A stretch of DNA of 63,961 nucleotides, the filler included, from a bacterium (lineage in GTDB: Bacteria > UBA9089 > CG2-30-40-21 > SBAY01): assembly GCA_040757115.1 (NCBI GenBank). It is 5 parts of 5 records of this genome, joined end to end, with 100 filler letters (N's around TTAATTAATTAA, not from the genome) between each part and the next. Parts side by side here need not be neighbours in the genome. Positions count along the whole stretch, not along the records: positions 54,544 to 63,961 come from JBFLYA010000146.1; 4 more parts are not named here. One strand, written 5' to 3'. Positions within the stretch are counted from its first letter, which is position 1, and the number at the start of each line of letters is the position of its first letter. This document shows positions 59,266 through 63,961 of this stretch, piece after piece. The notes beneath the pieces were generated by a model. The model ran no database searches and was not told the DNA's origin. It worked only from the letters and a program-made list of their open reading frames with translations. Both the position numbers and the translations under genes were made by a program.

Positions 59266-61125
59266 TCAAATCTGTCCTTTTCCCTCAAGCAGAAATCTTG
59301 AGGGTTTTCTAAATCCACTGCCATATAATCTTCTATTCATCGCATAACTCAAGAATAATTGCTCTTTGGCTCGAGTCATTCCCACATAGCAAAGTCGTCT
59401 TTCTTCTTCTTCATCGTCAGCATTGAAATGCGGCAGTAACCCCTCTTCTACCCCAGTAATAAATACATAAGGGAATTCTAATCCTTTGGCTGAATGTAAG
59501 GTCATTAGACTGACTTTGTTTGATTCATTATCCCAACGGTCAATATTAGTGTATAACGAGATATTAGACAAAAATGCCTCTAAAGTTTTATCCTCATTTG
59601 TTGCCTCAAATTCCTCGATACTGATAAGAAACTCTTTTATATTCTCAATTCTGTCGGTTTCTTCTAATTCCTGTAAGTCTTCCATATATCCTGTTTTAAC
59701 AATAACCTCATTTGTCAATTCAAGCACACTTTTGGAGTCTTTAAGTTTTGTGAAATTTTCCATTAATTCTACAAATTTTATAATCGAAGTGGTTGTAGTT
59801 TTAGATAAGAGGTCAGCACTATCTATTTGTTTTAGTGCCTGGTAGAGAGGAATGCCTTTTTGAAAGCCAAATTCCTCTATTTTTTGGATAGTTGTTTTGC
59901 CAATCTTGCGTGCGGGGACATTGATGATTCGTTTTAAACTTAAAGTATCCTGTGGGTTAGCAATGATATTCAGGTAAGCTAATACATCCTTGATTTCCTT
60001 TCTGCCATAAAAACTAATGCCACCGATAAGCGAGTAAGGAATATTTGCCCGTCGAAATGCCTCTTCTAAGACACGCGATTGGGCATTAACTCGATATAAC
60101 ACGGCAAAATCGTTTAATTTAATTCCTTGATTACTCATTTCTGTAACCTTTCTGGCAACAAAAGACGCCTCAGCGTGTTCATCAGAGGCAATATAAGTTA
60201 TTACGGGACTACCACCTTTCTTTTTTGTCCAGAGTGTTTTTCCTTTGCGACTGAGATTATGATTTATCACCCGATTGGCAATGGTCAAAATTACCTCAGT
60301 CGAGCGATAATTTTCCTCTAAACGGATAATTTTCACATTATCATAGTCCTTCTCAAATTCTAATATATTGCTAATATCTGCCCCTCTAAAAGAATAGATT
60401 GATTGGTCATCATCTCCGACACAACAGATATTCTTATGTTTTTGGGCTAACATTTTGGTAAAGAGATATTGAATATAGTTTGTATCCTGATATTCATCAA
60501 CTAAGATATACTTAAATCTATTCTGATAAAGTTGTAAAATTTCTGGAGATTCTTGCCACAAAAGAATGGTTTTCATCAAAATATCATCAAAATCTAAGGC
60601 ATTATTTTCGTCTAATTTAGTTTGATATAATTCATATACCTGTTTAATCTTTTCTTCAAAGTAATTAGCCGTTTGGTATTCTTGAGGTTTGATTAAATTT
60701 TCTTTTGCCTTGGATATGTTTGATAAGACAGTCTTTGGTTGGAGGGCAAGATTTATTTCTTTCAAGCATTCTTTGACCAGGCTAAGTTGGTTTTCTTCGT
60801 CATAGATAGTAAAATTATAGTTTTTAAGGTGAGCGCGGAGGATTCTCACGCAGGCAGAATGAAATGTGCTAATCCAGAATCTTGGGCGACTAAAGAAGTT
60901 TCCTAAAAGAAGTTCTACACGCTTTTTCATCTCATCTGCGGCTTTATTTGTAAATGTTACGCCAAGGATATTCTCTGGTTTTACACCTTGAGTAAGTAAA
61001 TGAGCAATTCGATAGGTAATTACACGGGTTTTGCCCGAACCAGCCCCGGCTAAAACCAATAAAGGTCCATTGGTATGTAACACTGCTTCTTTTTGTTGTG
61101 GATTCAGGTCTTTTAAAATATCCAT
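59266..61125 (-). CDS. pcrA: ATP-dependent DNA helicase PcrA/UvrD
   Basis: LNPQQKEAV, AGAGSGKT, TFTNKAA, LVDEYQDTN, VGDDDQSIYSFRGA, NYRS, MTLHSAKGLEF, EERRLCYVGMTRA. Confidence 0.96.
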   Translation of the reverse strand: MDILKDLNPQQKEAVLHTNGPLLVLAGAGSGKTRVITYRIAHLLTQGVKPENILGVTFTNKAADEMKKRVELLLGNFFSRPRFWISTFHSACVRILRAHLKNYNFTIYDEENQLSLVKECLKEINLALQPKTVLSNISKAKENLIKPQEYQTANYFEEKIKQVYELYQTKLDENNALDFDDILMKTILLWQESPEILQLYQNRFKYILVDEYQDTNYIQYLFTKMLAQKHKNICCVGDDDQSIYSFRGADISNILEFEKDYDNVKIIRLEENYRSTEVILTIANRVINHNLSRKGKTLWTKKKGGSPVITYIASDEHAEASFVARKVTEMSNQGIKLNDFAVLYRVNAQSRVLEEAFRRANIPYSLIGGISFYGRKEIKDVLAYLNIIANPQDTLSLKRIINVPARKIGKTTIQKIEEFGFQKGIPLYQALKQIDSADLLSKTTTTSIIKFVELMENFTKLKDSKSVLELTNEVIVKTGYMEDLQELEETDRIENIKEFLISIEEFEATNEDKTLEAFLSNISLYTNIDRWDNESNKVSLMTLHSAKGLEFPYVFITGVEEGLLPHFNADDEEEERRLCYVGMTRAKEQLFLSYAMNRRLYGSGFRKPSRFLLEGKGQI

Positions 61126-61132
61126 CAAGGTA

Positions 61133-61161
61133 ATTATACCATAGATTTGATAAGAAGTCAA
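61133..61161 (-). promoter_or_regulatory. Sigma70-type promoter, probably leaderless pcrA
   Basis: TTGACT-N17-TATAAT with extended TG; 7 nt to ATG 61125. Confidence 0.78.
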
Positions 61162-61176
61162 GAAAACTGTGTATTA

Positions 61177-61581
61177 GGGTGTATGTAAAATTTGTGGGTA
61201 ACTTTTAACACCTCTATTTTTATCAATTTCCTCCAAAGAGCAAAATGCAAAACTCGTTTATAGTTTATAGTTTATAGTTTATGGTTTATAGTTTATGGTT
61301 TATGGTTTATAGTTTATGGTTTATGGTTTATAGTTTATAGTTTATGGTTTATAGTTTATAGTTTATGGTTTATAGTTTATAGTTTATGGTTTATAGTTTA
61401 TGGTTTATAGTCCTTCAACTATAAACTATCAACTATAAACTATCAACTATCTACTACATTTCAGCGTTAAAATACTTGAAGTCCTTTTTGAAATTTGATT
61501 TGTAATTTTGCATTTTGATATTTGATTTAATTTCAGGTCTAACTCTCAGAATATTTTTACCCATAAATTTTACACGCACCC
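61177..61581. mobile_element. Family E element (inverted) containing a 22-unit heptamer array
   Basis: Same termini as 50323-50615; 8-bp TSD GTGTATTA. Confidence 0.93.
61257..61410 (+). repeat. 22 x TTTAT(A/G)G tandem array
   Basis: 154 bp counted as 22 seven-base units. Confidence 0.97.
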
Positions 61582-61608
61582 GTGTATTAGGTTCTTTGCA
61601 AATAGCGG

Positions 61609-61637
61609 TTGACAAAATGCCTTAAATCACATATAAT
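61609..61637 (+). promoter_or_regulatory. Perfect consensus sigma70 promoter
   Basis: TTGACA-N17-TATAAT, 10 nt before ATG 61648. Confidence 0.85.
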
Positions 61638-61647
61638 TATCTATGGT

Positions 61648-63564
61648 ATGGAACAACATAAGGTTATCTTTTATCCAGGTGGAGAAATAGGTAATGCGGC
61701 TGATGGTGAGAGTTTGCTTCGTGTGGCGGCGGCGGCTGGGCTTTATATTACCGCCTCTTGCGGTGGAAATCACACCTGTGGGAAATGCAAGGTTATCATT
61801 GAATCAGGCACAATCGAAGGCGGAATATCAGAAAAACTCACGGCTGAAGAAATAAAAAAGGGCTACAGATTAGCCTGTGTTTCTAAGATAAAGAGTAACC
61901 TAACTGTCCGAATTCCGGCAGAATCCCAATTTTCAGATAAACGCTTGCTGGAAGAATCTGTTTCAAAACGACTCCTTATCCCGGAATCCCTGAAAGACAT
62001 AAGACCAGATTATAAACTCGACCCCCTATTGAATAAATACTATCTTGAATTACCCCCACCAACTAAAGAGGATAATATCGATGATTTCTCCCGTGTTAAA
62101 AGAGCAATTAAGTCAACATATAAAGATTGTTCAATTAACCTTTTTTCTTTAAACAAACTGCCACAGACCTTGAGAGAATCAAACTTTAAGATTACTCTAA
62201 CCTTACTTGAAGAGGAGAAAAATAAACCAAAGATAGTAAATATCGAAGAGGGGAATACACAGGATAGACATTTTGCCCTTGCCATTGATGTTGGGACAAC
62301 CTCAATTTATGTTCGATTAATTAACCTTTCGTCAGGAGAGATTCTCGCCACGGTCTCAGACTACAATGCTCAGATTGGCTACGGAGAAGATGTGATTACG
62401 CGGATAGTGTATTCGTTAAAGGGTGATGGGCTTAAAATATTGCAAGAGGCGGTGGTCAAAACCATAGAATTACTCATCACTCAAATACTTAACGAGAAAA
62501 ATATCACCCGCCAGGAAATATCCTATCTTGTTGCCGCAGGAAATACGACAATGGTGCATTTATTAGCCGGAATTACACCTAAATATCTGCGTGAGGCACC
62601 TTATGTTCCGGTAACAAATTCATCTATTGAGATTCAAGCCTCCAAAATTGGGCTTGAATTTCCTGAATATGTCCATCTTTATATTTTGCCCGGAGTGGCA
62701 AGTTATGTTGGTGGGGATATTACCGCCGGTGTGCTTGGAACAGGGCTTTTTCAATCTGATGAATTAACCCTGTTCATAGATATTGGCACTAATGGTGAGG
62801 TAGTTCTGGGAAATAAAGATTGGTTAATCACAACCTCATGTTCAGCCGGACCTGCCTTTGAAGGAGGCACAATAAAACATGGAATGCGAGCAACCATTGG
62901 CGCTATCGAGCAGGTAGAAATAGGTAATGATTATGAACCAATGCTTATTACGATTGGTCATAAATCTCCAAAGGGAATATGTGGTGCAGGATTGATTAGT
63001 TTAGTCGCCGAGTTATTGGAGACGGGAATAATATCTCAAAAGGGTAAGTTTAATACCAATATCGATACCCCACGAATTAGAACGACGCAGGGGATAAAGG
63101 AATATGTTCTTTGTTACGCAGACCAGACTGACATCGCCAGCGATATAGTTATTACCGAACCTGACATTGATGACCTTATTCGTGCCAAAGGCGCTATGTA
63201 TGCTGGTATTTGCACATTACTTAATAGTGTCCGTCTTAGTATTATGGATATTTCTAAGATAATCGTTGCGGGGAATCTGGGATTTCACCTTGAGATAGAA
63301 AAGGCAATTACAATCGGTCTTTTACCAGAGGTCTCATCTTCAAAATTTATATTTATCGGAAATGGCTCTTTACCTGGAACAACACTTTGTGCCCTATCAA
63401 AAGAGATGTTCGAGCAGGTAAAACAGATTGCTAATTCAATGACAAATATTGAGCTTTCAGATAATTCTGAATTTATGAATGAATACATCGCCGCCCTTTT
63501 TCTACCTCATACCGAAGAAAAAAGATTCCCAAATATATTTAAAATGCTCTCTTCGTTGAACTAA
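61648..63564 (+). CDS. RACo/AcsV-type reductive activator of corrinoid proteins (2Fe-2S + ASKHA)
   Basis: CGGNHTCGKC...RLAC ferredoxin; DVGTT, YGEDVITRI, GNTTM, YVGGDI, DIGTNGE, SAGPAFEG, GICGAG, GNGSL. Confidence 0.93.
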   Translation: MEQHKVIFYPGGEIGNAADGESLLRVAAAAGLYITASCGGNHTCGKCKVIIESGTIEGGISEKLTAEEIKKGYRLACVSKIKSNLTVRIPAESQFSDKRLLEESVSKRLLIPESLKDIRPDYKLDPLLNKYYLELPPPTKEDNIDDFSRVKRAIKSTYKDCSINLFSLNKLPQTLRESNFKITLTLLEEEKNKPKIVNIEEGNTQDRHFALAIDVGTTSIYVRLINLSSGEILATVSDYNAQIGYGEDVITRIVYSLKGDGLKILQEAVVKTIELLITQILNEKNITRQEISYLVAAGNTTMVHLLAGITPKYLREAPYVPVTNSSIEIQASKIGLEFPEYVHLYILPGVASYVGGDITAGVLGTGLFQSDELTLFIDIGTNGEVVLGNKDWLITTSCSAGPAFEGGTIKHGMRATIGAIEQVEIGNDYEPMLITIGHKSPKGICGAGLISLVAELLETGIISQKGKFNTNIDTPRIRTTQGIKEYVLCYADQTDIASDIVITEPDIDDLIRAKGAMYAGICTLLNSVRLSIMDISKIIVAGNLGFHLEIEKAITIGLLPEVSSSKFIFIGNGSLPGTTLCALSKEMFEQVKQIANSMTNIELSDNSEFMNEYIAALFLPHTEEKRFPNIFKMLSSLN

Positions 63565-63791
63565 CATTCCCGGTAACACTTTAGCCGTCTGAAGGTGTAA
63601 ATAATGGAAAATGGGTAACCGTTCACCGCACAGACGCAGAGAAAAAAATTGTTGACAAAATTTGAAGTTAAATGGTATTCTATTAAAGAGATAAAATTGT
63701 TACCACAAAAACACAGTAGGGTAGCGTTCTCTAATTGAAGGTAACCGTTCATGGATATAGCCACGAATGAACACGAATAATAAAAAGATTT

Positions 63792-63814
63792 GTAGTGCGA
63801 GGCTTTAGCCTCGC
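63792..63814 (+). repeat. REP-like unit inside a family A element that starts at 63741
   Basis: GTAG followed by hairpin GCGAGGC-TTTA-GCCTCGC. Confidence 0.75.
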
Positions 63815-63961
63815 TTCTGGCAAGCAGGAAAGCAAACCTAATTGCTTTTTCATAAATAGGTTCCTCTTTTGGGGAGAGCGATAGCAAGAAGAACTTTAAT
63901 GTAAATATCAAAATGCAAATATCAAAATTACAATGCAAAATGCAAAAATACTTGTAAATTA

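Noticed and set aside
61257-61410. Possible CRISPR array (also considered at 22651-23077)
   Set aside because: No constant 25-40 bp repeat with regular unique spacers, and no cas genes

Overview
This is an AT-rich bacterial draft or metagenome-assembled window. It is not contiguous: five unrelated contigs (1-13568, 13669-27219, 27320-40862, 40963-54443, 54544-63961) are joined by N44-TTAATTAATTAA-N44 linkers, and there is a 100-N gap at 24214-24313. Gene content is mostly housekeeping, envelope and glycosylation: rpsT, zapB/zapA, comF, hemB, pgeF, mgtC, queA, ilvN, pilT, sppA, pcrA, ADP-forming acetate-CoA ligase, a RACo corrinoid activator, several GT-C glycosyltransferases and an AlgD-like dehydrogenase. 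It also has flagellar genes with a giant FlgE (1495 aa) and a giant repeat-expanded FliK (over 1300 aa, incomplete), plus a large modular protein ending in pre-toxin-TG-like motifs. This fits an anaerobic, flagellated, probably deep-branching bacterium (inference). The most striking signal is intergenic. Most larger spacers hold short, often nested, non-autonomous inverted-repeat elements from several terminal-repeat families, and twelve have readable 8-bp target-site duplications. Their interiors are interchangeable cassettes made of inverted 7-9-nt tandem-repeat arms around internally deleted remnants of GxxExxY nuclease-like and four-helix-bundle (IVP/Avd-like) genes. Several genes appear leaderless. 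No rRNA, tRNA, CRISPR array or intact transposase was recognised.
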